DNA of 63,313 nt, filler included, from Octopus bimaculoides (taxonomy: Eukaryota), in the NCBI RefSeq assembly GCF_001194135.2. It is 6 parts of 6 records of this genome, joined end to end, with 100 filler letters (N's around TTAATTAATTAA, not from the genome) between each part and the next. Parts side by side here need not be neighbours in the genome. Positions count along the whole stretch, not along the records: positions 1 to 9,529 come from NC_068985.1; positions 9,630 to 33,199 come from NC_068983.1; 4 more parts are not named here. One strand, 5' to 3'. Below the pieces are notes generated by a model. The model searched no databases. It worked only from the letters and a program-made list of their open reading frames with translations, and was not told the origin of the DNA. Below, in pieces: positions 1 to 14,075 of this stretch. A program made the position numbers and the translations under genes. Positions within the stretch are counted from its first letter, which is position 1, and each line of letters opens with the position of its first letter.

Positions 1-1402
1 ATATGTATGTATGAATGTATGTGTGTGTTTTGCAATGTAACGTAAAAACACACATACGTTAGTGTCGCTTCGCATAGAAAGATGCATGATTAAATTTTCG
101 TATATGCCTTTAGAAGTTTCAAGTTTATTTTAATGATAAATCTCTTTATACCCCATTTTACTCCTTTTCTGAATGTCTTCTATTTTTTGCATGTTTTGCA
201 TTTACCAACATAATTGAATAGAAATATATGGCATTTGTATTGAAACGTAGCTGTAAAACTTTATACAAAACTATGGCATGCTATCAAATGCCAGTTGAAA
301 TATTTTAAAGCTATTAGTTGCAAATAAATTTGAACAATGTCCCTCTTCGTACCCCTGTGGCTATAATTGAACTATCAGAAATGCTGTTTTATGAAAACCT
401 ATTATTAACGTGGCTGAATCGCTTAGCTCACCTTTGCCTAATGTGAATATTTCTATTCTTTTCTTTGGAAATCAACACTTGCAAGTAGCATTGGGTGTAG
501 CGTATAATAAAACATTTGAAACTATATTTTATTTACTACATACTGAATTTAAATAACAATTATATAGGTTATGAGACTGACTATATTTTAAAGGTTTATG
601 AAGTCATTACTTGGTCACCATCTGTTGATCATTTGTTAGGCAAGTCACTTGTCAGTTAAATATTCAAATGTTCAAATTTAGTCAAGTTCAGTTCCACAGA
701 AGATAGATATAATCGATAAGATTATGCAATATCCATCTAGAAAGGGTATTAGAGAGAATTACATCTCCACCATTAGGGACGTTTTACTAAGACTAGGTTA
801 ACTTTCATTAGAATGTGTTATGGGCTTAAATTCTTCTCACCGTCGAAACTATTTCACACTAATTCGTTGATTGATCTATGAGTGGAACATCTGTCAAATA
901 TGTCAAAGATTAATTGTTTTTAAATAAATTGTGGTTAAGCTGTAACACAGCTTAACACTTCTACCTGACTATTGAGTCTTTTTAGTAGAGTTCATTCTGT
1001 TGCTAGAATTCCGACCAAGTCTCTGGTCAAACAATAACTCGATATCTGGATGTGAAGTTTCCAAAAGAATCTTTATGACACAGTACCACACACTGTTAGA
1101 GTACATGCGAGCCATCCTTTCATGTTTTCTTTTTCTGGCAATAATTACCAGTTGCGCTATCTACATGAGTCACATCAATATATCACTTGTGATTTTTCCC
1201 TTCTTCTACGTATTATTAGAGGCCTTACAATGACAAGGGACCAATGTGACTTCTAATTCAATTATAAAATGAAAGTCTCCCTGAAATATCAGGTAAAACT
1301 AACAGAAAGGCTCAATTCACATATTAACCACTTCTATCCTATTTGTGTATTGATCAGTTTTATGATTTTTTTGAATGAAATAACAAACACTCTGGCGCAA
1401 GA

Positions 1403-1562
1403 ATACTGAAATGCGCGTGCGCACACACACAAACATACACACACGAATGCACATAGACACACATCTCCAAATGTATAGACACATACTGAAATGCGCGTGC
1501 GCACACACACAAACATACACACACGCACACACATAGACACACATCTCTAAATGTATAGACAC
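1403..1562. repeat. Two-copy ~80-bp tandem repeat (CA-rich)
   Basis: ATACTGAAATGCGCGTGCGCACACACACAAACATACACACACG...ATGTATAGACAC starts at 1403 and again at 1483. Confidence 0.85.
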
Positions 1563-1899
1563 ATATACACGTGAGGCACACAAACGCGCACTGATATTTT
1601 ATATAAAAAAATACAGGATTGATTTGCGATAGAAGATCAACTGAAAGAAACAGTAATTCTGAATATACAGGCCACGAAAGGTATTCGAGGACACTTAATT
1701 ATCTGTATATTACTTTCTTCAACCCAATTACAAGATTTTCGTTTCTTTCAGAGATCCGTCGCCCCAATGGCATATGAAATGCTAACACCACAATGACAAA
1801 AATCATACAGTTGTTGTCGCGTGTGCAGAACATAGTGATTTAAAAATTGTCATGGTATTTTGTTCACGAATCAAAGAGACAAAAAGCTTTCTAAACGCT

Positions 1900-2700
1900 C
1901 AGACACAAGACTCAGCAATTCATCCAATAGGTTAAAAAAATTATTGATGATGATCACAGAAATTTGATGATAACCTTCGCCAAAGAAATTCAGGTGTAGA
2001 AGTGAACTATCAGAACTGTGGCGCACAAGGACATTCGAATGTACTGAGGACAAGCCAATTCATGACTAGAAAGGCACCGGAAAGCCGTTTGATTCGTGCC
2101 AACCGGTTACTTAAAGTAAAAATCCTCATGAACATGGTATGCTTTGGTTTTTTTCTAATGAGAAAAACTTCCCAAGATCAAAGGTTTGACAGGAAACTCA
2201 GTGACGGTTATCTGCAAATCCTTCTGATGTCCCTAAACTGATGCACACTCAGTTTTCGACAACTGCGATGGTTTTAGGAGTGTTGAGTAACAAGTCTAAC
2301 CAGCTTTCTACAGGATCTAAGTGTTAATGCTACTGGATACGTTGAGGTGCTGGAGGTAGTTATTAGGCCCTGGATGGATGATGTACGAAATGGAAAGCCA
2401 TATAAATTTCATCAAGACTGTACTTTCTTACAAAACCTACCTAACCCATTAGATGACAGACAATCTTTACGACTATGTAACACTAAACCTGTGGCCTCCA
2501 AACTCACCAGGTTTAAATCCCATGAACCACTACGTTTGAAGCGCTGTTGAAATAGAAACTCAGACATCCTTAACAGAAGGCCGCTTTTTTGTATATCATG
2601 TCCAAAATGAATAAGGACTATTTAGCGTAGGAATGTCAACGATTCTGGTACTGCATGGAAACAATCATTGAAGCTGAAGACAGATACAAGGAATAATCTT
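1900..2700 (+). mobile_element. Decayed Tc1/mariner-superfamily transposase fragment (maT/DD37D-like)
   Basis: Frameshifted translation gives MHTQFSTTAMVLGVLSN, VNATGYVEVLEVVIRPWMDDVRNGKPYKFHQD, LWPPNSPGLNPMNHYV and a C-terminal METIIEAEDRYKE*. These match the Tc1/mariner catalytic and WPPxSPDLNPxD motifs. Confidence 0.75.
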
Positions 2701-2885
2701 AGAAGGCAACTTATTGAGAACACGAGTATAAATGCTTATAAAAATACATTTGATTTCTGCTAGACTAGAGCTGTTTTATTAAATGACCCAATACGTCCTC
2801 AAATACTTCTCTCACCCTGTATACACATACGCACATACATTGATGTATGTATCTATATGTATGTATAAATGCATGTATACATACA

Positions 2886-3400
2886 CAGGCGTAGCTGTGT
2901 GATGCAAAGCTTGCTTCCCAACCACATCATTCCGCGTTCATCCTTACTTCGTTGCTCCATGGGCAAGTATCTTCTACTATAACCCCGGGTAAACTAAAGC
3001 CTTGTGAGTGTATTTGGTAGACGAAATCTGAAAGAAGCCCGTTGCATATATATGTGTGTGTGTATGTATGTATATACGTACGAGTGTGTGTGTGTGTATG
3101 TGTGTGTATGCGTGCGTCAGAGCGTGTGTGTGTGTGTGTTTCTGTGCGAGTGTGTGAGTGTGCGTGTGTGTATCTATGTGTATCTATTTGATGTGGGTTT
3201 GTGCTTGTGTTTTGTTCCCCACCACCGCTTGATAAAGGGTGTTGGCTTGTTTGAGTGCCCATAACTTAGTGGTTCGGCGAAAAAAAGTCCAACAGGCTTA
3301 AAAAGTAAGAACTGGAGTCAATTTTAATCGACTAAACACTTCATGACGGTGCTCCCAGCATGGCCGCAGTCTAATGACTGAAACAAGTAAGAGAATAAGA
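2886..3400 (+). mobile_element. Bipartite SINE with internal (TA/GT)n microsatellite (family A in this window)
   Basis: 5' half GCTTGCTTCCCAACC...GCCTTGTGAGT.ATTTGGTAGACG.AA.CTGAAAGAAGCCCG and 3' half GGTGCTCC.AGCATGGCCGCAGTC.AATGACTGAAACAAGTAA. The same sequence recurs about ten times in the window. Confidence 0.8.
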
Positions 3401-3403
3401 ATA

Positions 3404-3452
<49 letters not shown>

Positions 3453-3640
3453 AGATCGAAACAGTATTATTTCTAATATGTATAATATCTCATCTCTCAT
3501 TTAGGTCGTCCCGTAGGACGCCCCCGTATATATATGTATGTGTGTGNNNNNNNNNNNNNNNNNNNNNNNNNNNNNNNNNNNNNNNNNNNNNNNNNNNNNN
3601 NNNNNNNNNNNNNNNNNNNNNNNNNNNNNNNNNNNNNNNN

Positions 3641-3695
<55 letters not shown>

Positions 3696-4209
3696 CACAC
3701 ACATATACACACGCATATACATATACACATGCACACATATTAATATTACGCACGCTCACACATACACAGGTGTGTGTGTAAATGCCAAATGTATATTCCT
3801 TTTCAAAATGTCATGTTTTTTTTTCATATCGCAAACAAAGATGTGTGCAATATTCAGCGGTGACAAGTGGTCAATAAAACCACATTATAACTTCAAGTCT
3901 TTTAGGTACTAGTGCGCTGGAGACGGCGTTACCAAGCGGTAGTTTGTAGAGACGGAGACAGAATCAAAATTTATTGGATTCACCTATTATTAGTTGCTGG
4001 GCGAGGTTTTTGATCTTATATTTATATACATGCATCAAAGTAAAAGTTGTTATTAGAATATACTAAACATACATTCAACACAAACCTACAGACAAAGAGT
4101 GTATGTGTCTATAAATATACATACGTATGTATGTATGTATGTATGTATGTATGTATGTATGTATGTATGTATGTATTTATGTATGTATGTATGTATATAT
4201 GTATGTATG

Positions 4210-4248
<39 letters not shown>

Positions 4249-5384
4249 NNNNNNNNNNNNNNNNNNNNNNNNNNNNNNNNNNNNNNNNNNNNNNNNNNNN
4301 NNNNNNNNNNNNNNNNNNNNNNNNNNNNNNNNNNNNNNNNNNNNNNNNNNNNNNNNNNNNNNNNNNNNNNNNNNNNNNNNNNNNNNNNNNNNNNNNNNNN
4401 NNNNNNNNNNNNNNNNNNNNNNNNNNNNNNNNNNNNNNNNNNNNNNNNNNNNNNNNNNNNNNNNNNNNNNNNNNNNNNNNNNNNNNNNNNNNNNNNNNNN
4501 NNNNNNNNNNNNNNNNNNNNNNNNNNNNNNNNNNNNNNNNNNNNNNNNNNNNNNNNNNNNNNNNNNNNNNNNNNNNNNNNNNNNNNNNNNNNNNNNNNNN
4601 NNNNNNNNNNNNNNNNTATATATATATATACATAATATATAAATAGATACACAGACACACACATTTATATATATATAAATGTGTGCGTGTGTCTGTGTAT
4701 TTATTTATGCATGTATACATTTGTATATAAGTATACACATTTCTATGTATGTACATACATGTGACCCAGTGTTACGATCAAGTTTAATGACATATTCGCT
4801 GTAAAAAATAGGGCACCAAGAACATAAGGTGTCATCAGCCATGAAGTGAGAAGGAATTTAATGTTAATTCGTTTAGTCTTTCGTTTATGCTACTTCAGAG
4901 ACTCGCTTACTCCTTCCTGATTACTGAACGAGTATTTCATGTATTAATACATTTGACCAGCTTTTCGCCGTTGGGTACATATAGCCAAACCAAACCTAAG
5001 CATAGTTACATTACACATGTGACCATCAATACTGTACGTCGACAACCAAGGAGAAGTATGAGAGTCCTTAGAGTATCTATATGTAACGATCATTACAGTA
5101 GCTTAACAACTAGGGTGAGCAAGAAAGCCCTGATGATGGTTTTAACAGAAGTTCAAACTAATTTACAAACATCTTCCATGGCTGCTATGGATCCCGTCGT
5201 TCTTTAACAAGGGGGTTGTAAATAAGTTGAAAATATTTCAGCTGTACTTCTAATGATAGCTTTCTTTATAATTTTAATCGAATACATCCTGTCAATGATC
5301 AATTTGCAGACACACAGAGACACCCATGAACATATATATCTACATACACATATATGTATACGTTTGTATGTATGCGGAAAGCTG

Positions 5385-5666
5385 ATATCTTAAATATTGA
5401 GGCGATGGTGCACAAGCACCGGTTACATTAGGCCAGACACCCTATTAGAATGAAGGATAGCAGGATCCCTAAACAGGTGGTATATGAGGAACTTAGTGGA
5501 AAGAGACTCCGGCAGAAACCAAGGCTGCGATTTAAGAAGTGTGTCAACTCCTCATTAAAGGCCTGTGATATGCAGGAGACCGACTAGGAGAGCAATGCCT
5601 ATCATCGCCACAGATAGAGGATGCAGGTTAAGGAGGGGGTCGACACCTTTGAGAGCGCACTTATTC

Positions 5667-5670
<4 letters not shown>
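5385..5670 (+). mobile_element. RTE-clade LINE 3' fragment
   Basis: Translates as RLH*ARHPIRMKDSRIPKQVVYEELSGKRLRQKPRLRFKKCV...D*ESNAYHRHR*RMQVKEGVDTFE, the typical RTE ORF2 C-terminus, followed by (TA)n. Confidence 0.75.
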
Positions 5671-5712
<42 letters not shown>

Positions 5713-5999
5713 AGTGTCTGAAATGACAGCAAATTCCTCATCTACTAGAAAGATAATGTCGATGAGTTAACATCAATTAATATCTGTTAAAACCAGTCGC
5801 CTCTGAAATTTAAAGACTTCGATCAAAGAAATTAATTTTGTTGTTATATATAATGGCGAAAAAATCATGACAATAAATGTGTCATGTTTCTCGTTGTTGC
5901 CTATCTTTTCTCATACTTCGCTCTCTGACACACATCTGGAGAAAATTTTCTCTAAGTAGTTTTGTTATGTAAATGTATGTCACACACAAGATGTGGTCT

Positions 6000-7500
6000 T
6001 TTCAACAGTTCTCTAGGGTGGAATCAGAATTTTGCGCCAGTACCATTTCACAAAATATAGCATTTTTGGGAACCCTACTGCTTCTCATCATGCCACAAAA
6101 TTTTCCAATGCAATAGCAGTGTGAAGACAATATATTTAGCAATTGGTCACTTTCCGGAACTTCCTTCATGACGTGACCGCGCCTCTTGTTGAAAATCGAC
6201 CTCAGTAATTATTAGCTGACGTTCTCGAGAATTTTGATTTGGCAACAGTAAATAAAGTAGTTTCCAACAAGATTAGGATGGAGACTGCTCGGTATACTTC
6301 GGTCATCTTATTTCAGTGTAATCGAGGGTTTAACCGAACTGTGCAAAAGAATGTCTGACACTTTGGTAAGTGACTAGCGGAGCAGGTGACTCTTTACTAA
6401 GTGACAATTGATTATTTGCTAGGTAACTAGTGTTTTCATTATTTGTTATAGACGCTGTCAAGATGTGTAAAGTATTTTACTGTACTGAGCGAGGCATCAT
6501 TTGAGATGATGAGTAGATATTAAGTATTTGGCAGAGGTATTTGGTATAAAAAACAAAACAGTGGTTAGGTCTTTTAGATGCTGAAGAAGTTACGAAAAGT
6601 CAAGGATTGTTGATTTTTAACTCCAGCTAAGTCCTAATAGAGGATGCTTATGGTTGCAGGCGTTCCAGCTTTGACCATTCTGTTTTCTGTTCATACAAAA
6701 TGTGTAATTAAGACTAGATTACTTTTTGTGTTCTCTTTTAAGTCAATAAGTTGTGAGTATATTATCAGGTAGGGTGGTCAGGTGGACGTTCTGTCTTTGG
6801 CCTTATAAAGAGTAAACTGAATATTGGTTAGTATTTGTGCAAGAGAGTGAGTCGTCGTATTGAGATGTTGTCAGTGTCGAAGTGGATATCGAGTTATGAA
6901 TATAAATGTCATGAACTTAATCTCATTTCATTGAAAATGATAGAAAATATTGCATTGGTTAATGATTACAAGGAAATGTGTGGATGTATCGAAGTGAACT
7001 AGTGTCTTCCCATCTAGCTTTTGTAAAAATGTTATGTGCAGAACCATGTTTTGTTCCCAACTCTGTAATACGAAGTTTGGTTGTGAAAATTATGTCAGGG
7101 GTTCTATTGGTCTCAAGTTTCGTTCAAGAAGGTTTTGCTTTGCAGACGATGGTGTGAGTTGTTCAGTAAAACTGTGTGGACTATTCTATAAACAATAAAC
7201 AATAAACAATAAACAATAAAGCGATACCTGGGTAACTGGAATCGCTTCCTTTGTTCTTATTAAGAGAAAGGAAGATTGCATCCGTAAATTCTGGCAGTCC
7301 TCCCATTACTTAGATTACCACAGTTAAGTAGAGATAGTCTCCTGCTGCAATGTCAATAGTTATATAATCCTTGTTTCAGATTTGATGTATCTAGGAACTG
7401 TTACTTATAATTTCTGTCTCGTCCAGCCTCTGAGAGAACACAAGAGAGAAATATTGTTCTTGTTGAGATTTTCTCTCTAAACAGACTCTTCTCATCTTTT
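6000..7500 (-). mobile_element. Highly decayed retroelement, possibly Penelope-like
   Basis: The minus strand has broken remnants resembling the MGTxxAPxYAN and RYIDD regions of Penelope RT. No intact frame remains. Confidence 0.3.
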
Positions 7501-7674
7501 TTGACAAGGAATTTGAAATCTTATATTCAGCTGATTTTCAGTAATTATAGATTCCCTTGTTTACACAGACTCTGGAACTAACTGGTGGGGGTTGTGGGGG
7601 CGAGATTAACACATCGATGTAATTGTACTTGTATGCAATATATGCGCGTGCCTGAGTTCGACTGGGAATCAAGC

Positions 7675-7776
<102 letters not shown>

Positions 7777-8949
7777 TTACACACTCTCGCATATATCCAG
7801 TTTTATTGCACCAAAAATTTATTGATAATCAATTAAAGCGTTTTTGACGAGAATTGGATTATTTTTTATTAACACTTCAAGGTGTTACTATTGTTTAGCC
7901 CTAGTTTAGTACCGATTGAGCACACCTGTAGTCGAAAGGTATTCCAACCATGACTATCTTGCCTTTTACAGGAATTTTTTTTTTATCTCTGGAATACATT
8001 ACCCATAGTAACCATTTTAAAAGACGGTTGGGTGTACTTTGAAGAAGCTTTAGCTGCCATTTCTACCAGTTCGAGGGAACAAATTGTCTCCAAATAGCCT
8101 AGAAGAAACTTTCTCATTGGTTTTTTATCTACATTCAGTGTCCGTTAATGTTGGGTCACAAACAAGGTTGACAAGTATTCTTTTTCTTATATTTTAAAGT
8201 AAATAGTTTGATAGTTAACCACAGATCACTAAACAAGAGTATGTAATAAAGCAAGAGTCACATCACACATAAACATTATACGTGAGGTATGCGTTATAAT
8301 TTTCACTAAATCATGGTTTGCTTTCAACAACCTCGACACCCTTATACAATCACTGGACTATTCATGCAGGCACTAATCATAAGAACAAGGACAATTTCAT
8401 GTTTGTCAACATAAACTACTCTCATTGTACAAACATCATATAAGAAGTTATTGTTTACCTGACCCATTATTCTTCATGGTAAGAGATGTCCATTTTATTT
8501 GCTTAGAGAAATCGAGTTTGCTGTTATTACGCTGACGTATATTATTTCTCCGGTTAAGACTTTGCATAAAACAGGTGTCTCTATTGTAAGAGAGAAGTGA
8601 GCTAGTGTGTATTGAAAACTGTTCTTTTGCCCTTCAAGGACTGAGAAAATATTGGGAAAAATTTAACCAAACAACATGAATCTATACAAGTCTGCACGCT
8701 ACCTCGCTTCACCGCACGTCTTAAGGTTCTCTATGAAACTCGTTAACAGACTGGGAGAAATTGATGATTAAAAAACACGTGAGAAATTATTGAAATCTAC
8801 AAATATGTTTACTGTACAACTTATAATCAATTTGTGAAGAAGTCACATATCCCTGACATAACAGTACCACACCAACATTTGGGCGGAGACAAGACGTACA
8901 ACATCGAAACAAAATTACTATTATTATTATTATTATTGAGTAAGAGAGC

Positions 8950-9290
8950 AGTGCATTTATTCGCATATCCAAGAGTATGGTTGCTTTCTCGATTTTTGTG
9001 AGCTTTTCTGGCGTGTGCCTATACCATCTTTTATCTGTTGTTATTCCATAGTGTTGGCATAGCTTCCAGTGTATGTAGGTCCTACAACTGTCGTGTCTGT
9101 GAATATATTCCTTCTTAGCCAGGACTGGGCAGCCGGAGATAATATGGTTTATTGTTTCGCCACATATCCTGCAGTTACTTGTTATGTTTCTTTGCATTAT
9201 CTGTTTTTGGTAATTTCTGGTGGGGAGGCTTTGGTCTTGTGCTGCAATTAAAAATCCTTCAGTTTCTGCTTTGAGTCCGTTGCTGTTCTA
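8950..9290 (-). mobile_element. R4/Dong-like non-LTR retrotransposon fragment
   Basis: LKAETEGFLIAAQDQSLPTRNYQKQIMQRNITSNCRICGETINHIISGCPVLAKKEYIHRHD...IHWKLCQHYG...WYRHTPEK...TILLD is the CCHC knuckle region that precedes the REL endonuclease in R4/Dong elements. Confidence 0.8.
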
Positions 9291-9320
9291 GTTTTAGTTT
9301 GGATCTCATTTGTTTTATAG

Positions 9321-9482
<162 letters not shown>

Positions 9483-9573
9483 TGTTAGGTAGTATGATTT
9501 CTTGTTTGTATTTGTCAGCTTCCTTAAATNNNNNNNNNNNNNNNNNNNNNNNNNNNNNNNNNNNNNNNNNNNN

Positions 9574-9585
9574 TTAATTAATTAA
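9574..9585. other. Artificial scaffolding linker TTAATTAATTAA inside a 100-bp N spacer
   Basis: Self-complementary 12-mer with stops in all six frames, flanked by 44 N on each side. Five identical instances occur in the window. Confidence 0.9.
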
Positions 9586-9629
9586 NNNNNNNNNNNNNNN
9601 NNNNNNNNNNNNNNNNNNNNNNNNNNNNN

Positions 9630-9661
<32 letters not shown>

Positions 9662-9663
9662 AT

Positions 9664-9714
<51 letters not shown>

Positions 9715-10194
9715 GTTATCACATTCATGCCAACAAATTTTTCCTTATGCTTGTATATATGCGCGCAAGAGTGAGTATATTAACGCTGCATTATCAAATG
9801 TATAAGATTTTCCCTCTACAATCATGGGATCACAGGTTCTATCCCTGTATGTAGCATGTTAGACAAACGAATTTTATCATAATCTCTGATTGATTGAAAC
9901 ATTTTAAAGGAAACCTATCGGGTGTATTATATAGGGAAACCTTGGTCATAGACACCCCTTTGTCAAGCCCTATTTTACCTTACTATATGTCTGAAAAAAA
10001 TGATACAGGTATATGTTGAAGGTTCAGCCACTCTCAAACCAGTTCACTAATTAGATAATTCGTTTGAGCTTCCAACTGAATAAACATCATCGAAAACAAC
10101 GGATATCCATCTATATTTATGCATGTACACAAGTACTGAATTGTGTTAAATTCGTACCTGTGCCTGTCTAATGCGTATGTGTATGTGTGCGTAC

Positions 10195-10244
<50 letters not shown>

Positions 10245-11153
10245 NNNNNNNNNNNNNNNNNNNNNNNNNNNNNNNNNNNNNNNNNNNNNNNNNNNNNNNN
10301 NNNNNNNNNNNNNNNNNNNNNNNNNNNNNNNNNNNNNNNNNNNNNNNNNNNNNNNNNNNNNNNNNNNNNNNNNNNNNNNNNNNNNNNNNNNNNNNNNNNN
10401 NNNNNNNNNNNNNNNNNNNNNNNNNNNNNNNNNNNNNNNNNNNNNNNNNNNNNNNNNNNNNNNNNNNNNNNNNNNNNNNNNNNNNNNNNNNNNNNNNNNN
10501 NNNNNNNNNNNNNNNNNNNNNNNNNNNNNNNNNNNNNNNNNNNNNNNNNNNNNNNNNNNNNNNNNNNNNNNNNNNNNNNNNNNNNNNNNNNNNNNNNNNN
10601 NNNNNNNNNNNNNNNNNNNNNNNNNNNNNNNNNNNNNNNNNNNNNNNNNNNNNNNNNNNNNNNNNNNNNNNNNNNNNNNNNNNNNNNNNNNNNNNNNNNN
10701 NNNNNNNNNNNNNNNNNNNNNNNNNNNNNNNNNNNNNNNNNNNNNNNNNNNNNNNNNNNNNNNNNNNNNNNNNNNNNNNNNNNNNNNNNNNNNNNNNNNN
10801 NNNNNNNNNNNNNNNNNNNNNNNNNNNNNNNNNNNNNNNNNNNNNNNNNNNNNNNNNNNNNNNNNNNNNNNNNNNNNNNNNNNNNNNNNNNNNNNNNNNN
10901 NNNNNNNNNNNNNNNNNNNNNNNNNNNNNNNNNNNNNNNNNNNNNNNNNNNNNNNNNNNNNNNNNNNNNNNNNNNNNNNNNNNNNNNNNNNNNNNNNNNN
11001 NNNNNNNNNNNNNNNNNNNNNNNNNNNNNNNNNNNNNNNNNNNNNNNNNNNNNNNNNNNNNNNNNNNNNNNNNNNNNNNNNNNNNNNNNNNNNNNNNNNN
11101 NNNNNNNNNTATATATATATATACACACATGTACATGTATATGTATATGTATA

Positions 11154-11193
<40 letters not shown>

Positions 11194-11687
11194 CAATAAT
11201 CTGATACTCACGCGCAAAAATAGTAAGTGCTCATATGTATATATGTGCACACATATACAGCAGCAGGAAGAGAAGGGGAGAAAGAGCAAAAGAGAAGCAA
11301 GACAAACAAACATGCACTTTTAATCTTAGAATTCAGTTATTCGTTTCAAACTTTTATAATCCCGATTGAATATACATCCATTACACACATATAAGAAAAT
11401 CTATGTACACGTTTGCACACACACACACACACACACATAGGCACATACTCACACGCATATACACACGAACGCATGCGCGCTCACACACAGACATATATAT
11501 ATATATTACATGTGCATATATGTACATGTGTATATATATATAAATATACATGCAAGTATTTACATTTTTCACATTGCCGTAAACAGACATTTACATATAT
11601 ATATATATATGTATGTATACTTACATGTATATATACGTGTGTGAATATATATATATATATATAGATAGATAGATAGATAGATAGATG

Positions 11688-11739
<52 letters not shown>

Positions 11740-13874
11740 TATTCTATATTATTTGTAAATATAATACGCACAAAAATATGTTTCTACTAATAAAATGTGA
11801 CGAAATTCTGCTGGACTTCTCATCCACCAGAATTTCGTTGCAACACATTGAATTGCCAAAGTTCCATTCTATTATGCTTATTTGCATCAACGATGTCCGC
11901 ACGAGAATTCACAAAGGAACGGTAAATGTCAATTTTTACCATAAAATTGTTTGATGTATTTTTTAAACAAGTAAATATAGAAAATATATTCCGTAAGAAG
12001 AGCACGATTATATATTTTTTTTTTTTTGTAAATGCTTTCAGCGGAATATATTCAAGCATATCACAACAGCTGGCTCATTGTTGTGTGCTATTTTGTACTT
12101 GGAAATTTTATCGGGAGGTCATTTCCTTCTTCTTTGTTTTTCTTCCTGTTTCTAAAATTCATTTTCAAGTCTATTCCACTCAACTTCCATACACGTCTCA
12201 CAGCTGATTCGAGTGTAATATAGCTATTATACGGAAGAGTTACTAGGACCCCATATAATGTTTTTCTTAATATTTTGGAAGGTTTCTGCATATTTAGTGG
12301 ATAACTGCTATTTTGATCTACTGTAGTGCTCATTTTATCCTCTTTATGTGTCTAATAGGAACAGCTGATATAGATATTGTCGAAACAATTATAGCTTTCC
12401 CAATCAAGTATTGTATAATCTGTTTTTGTTTTCGCTATCCAGTATTACATAATAGGCATATTCCAATATCTTCATCCCCTTTTGTCTTTCATATATTTTA
12501 TAACATATCCCGTTGTTCGTTTTATCCTTGGTCATAGATATCTCAAAGATCAGGTCATGGATGTATGTCGCATTTATTTATTCCTTTTGCGACTAAAGTC
12601 TGTGAATGTATATGTAAATGTGTTGGTATGCATAATATTTGAAGACACACACACACACACACACATGTATAATATACACACACGCGCACACAAACACACA
12701 CATGCATGAATGCGGTTCAACAAATGTTATAGAACTGCAATTAACAATTTTTAAGCATGGTGAGTAGCATCTATGTGTTTTAGATGTTTGTTTCTTAATC
12801 GAATGATCATATTCATATTTTCAAATGATTTACGTGTAGATCGATTACGACAGTGATCTTACTATACCTACACTGAATGTTTATAAACATTGATTACGCT
12901 GAAGTTATGTTGTCTTTTAATACAATCATTCAGCGTAGATACAACCTAGGCTTCATGGCTGTAATTTATAGACAATGAAGTCACATTTCAAACATTAAAT
13001 GCTGACCGTCGTCAAACTTGTTTCACCTTATGTTTTGTGTATAATGTATGTTTAGCATCGTACTATTATATATGTGTTGAACTGCTCACTAATTGTCTGT
13101 TTTGTTGCAAATTATATAGATATAATGTTATGCATATGTAAATGCTTCAAAAATCGTAACAATAAGATTTCTATATTTCTAGACATATCTCTTTGTAGAA
13201 AATAACACATACACCATACACGTTTACAATAAACTGCGAAATATTCATCGAAGCAAATATGATATTTCTACAGAGAGAATAAATGTTGCTAGTAGAATCC
13301 CTACGTGGATGTTCTTACAGATCTTCGTCTACAAATGAAGCAATGGACAGGCAAATGCAGGAAAAAAATCAAACGCTGATCAACAAGAATTTGTCTGACA
13401 AATTAAGAGACCTTACAATAGAACAATCCAACGAAAACATAATGATACAGATTTGTGAAACACTGCACATATCAAAATAATCAATCCATTCTTAATAGGA
13501 TTTGAAGTTATGCAAACACTAGAATAGATGAATGCATTAAAGAAGTTTTAGATATTTAACTCTGAAACAAACCAACACGGATAATATAAAAGACAAAATT
13601 ATAACTGAAAAGTATCAAGTGAATAACTCGCTTTGAAATGTGTAAGTCTTAATAATGTTATATTAGACATATTAGTACGTTATTTTACCATGGATTCACT
13701 GTTTATCCAGACGAATCAGTTGTAGTGCACTGCGCCCACATGCTGCAACGCAAATCTAACGGGGAAAACACAAGAAGGAAAGACATTAATGAACTACAAA
13801 GTACCTAGAAAATTTGACGTTTATGTATGAAAGTACTAAATGTTAGACGATATTACAATATTTACAAATACAAG

Positions 13875-14075
13875 GGCGGCCATCTAGCAGAATCGTCATC
13901 ACGTCAGGTAAATTAATAAGGAGCCTTTCTTCTTTTTCGGAGCTAACATTCAGTCGAGATCAAATTTGCCTTTTATCTTTACGGGTCCGATAAAGTAAGT
14001 ATCACCTGAGCACTGGGGTCGATGTAATTGAGTTATGCCCTCATCCGGAATTGCTAACTTTGTGCCAAAATTTGA
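13875..14075 (+). mobile_element. tRNA-derived SINE (family B), degenerate
   Basis: GGCGG...GCAGAATCGT...TTTGCCTTTTATC...GTCCGATAAAGTAAGTA...CACTGGGGTCGATGTAAT...CCAAAATTTGAA is shared with the copies at 30105, 46559 and 62286. Confidence 0.7.

Noticed and set aside
4910-5070. Minus-strand peptides resembling Cys-loop receptor motifs (CVM*LCLGLVWLYVPNGEKL; DGHMCNVTMLRFG)
   Set aside because: The frame has stops at about random density, the motif spacing is off, and the two motifs lie in inconsistent frames and order. This does not support a chemotactile or nAChR pseudogene.
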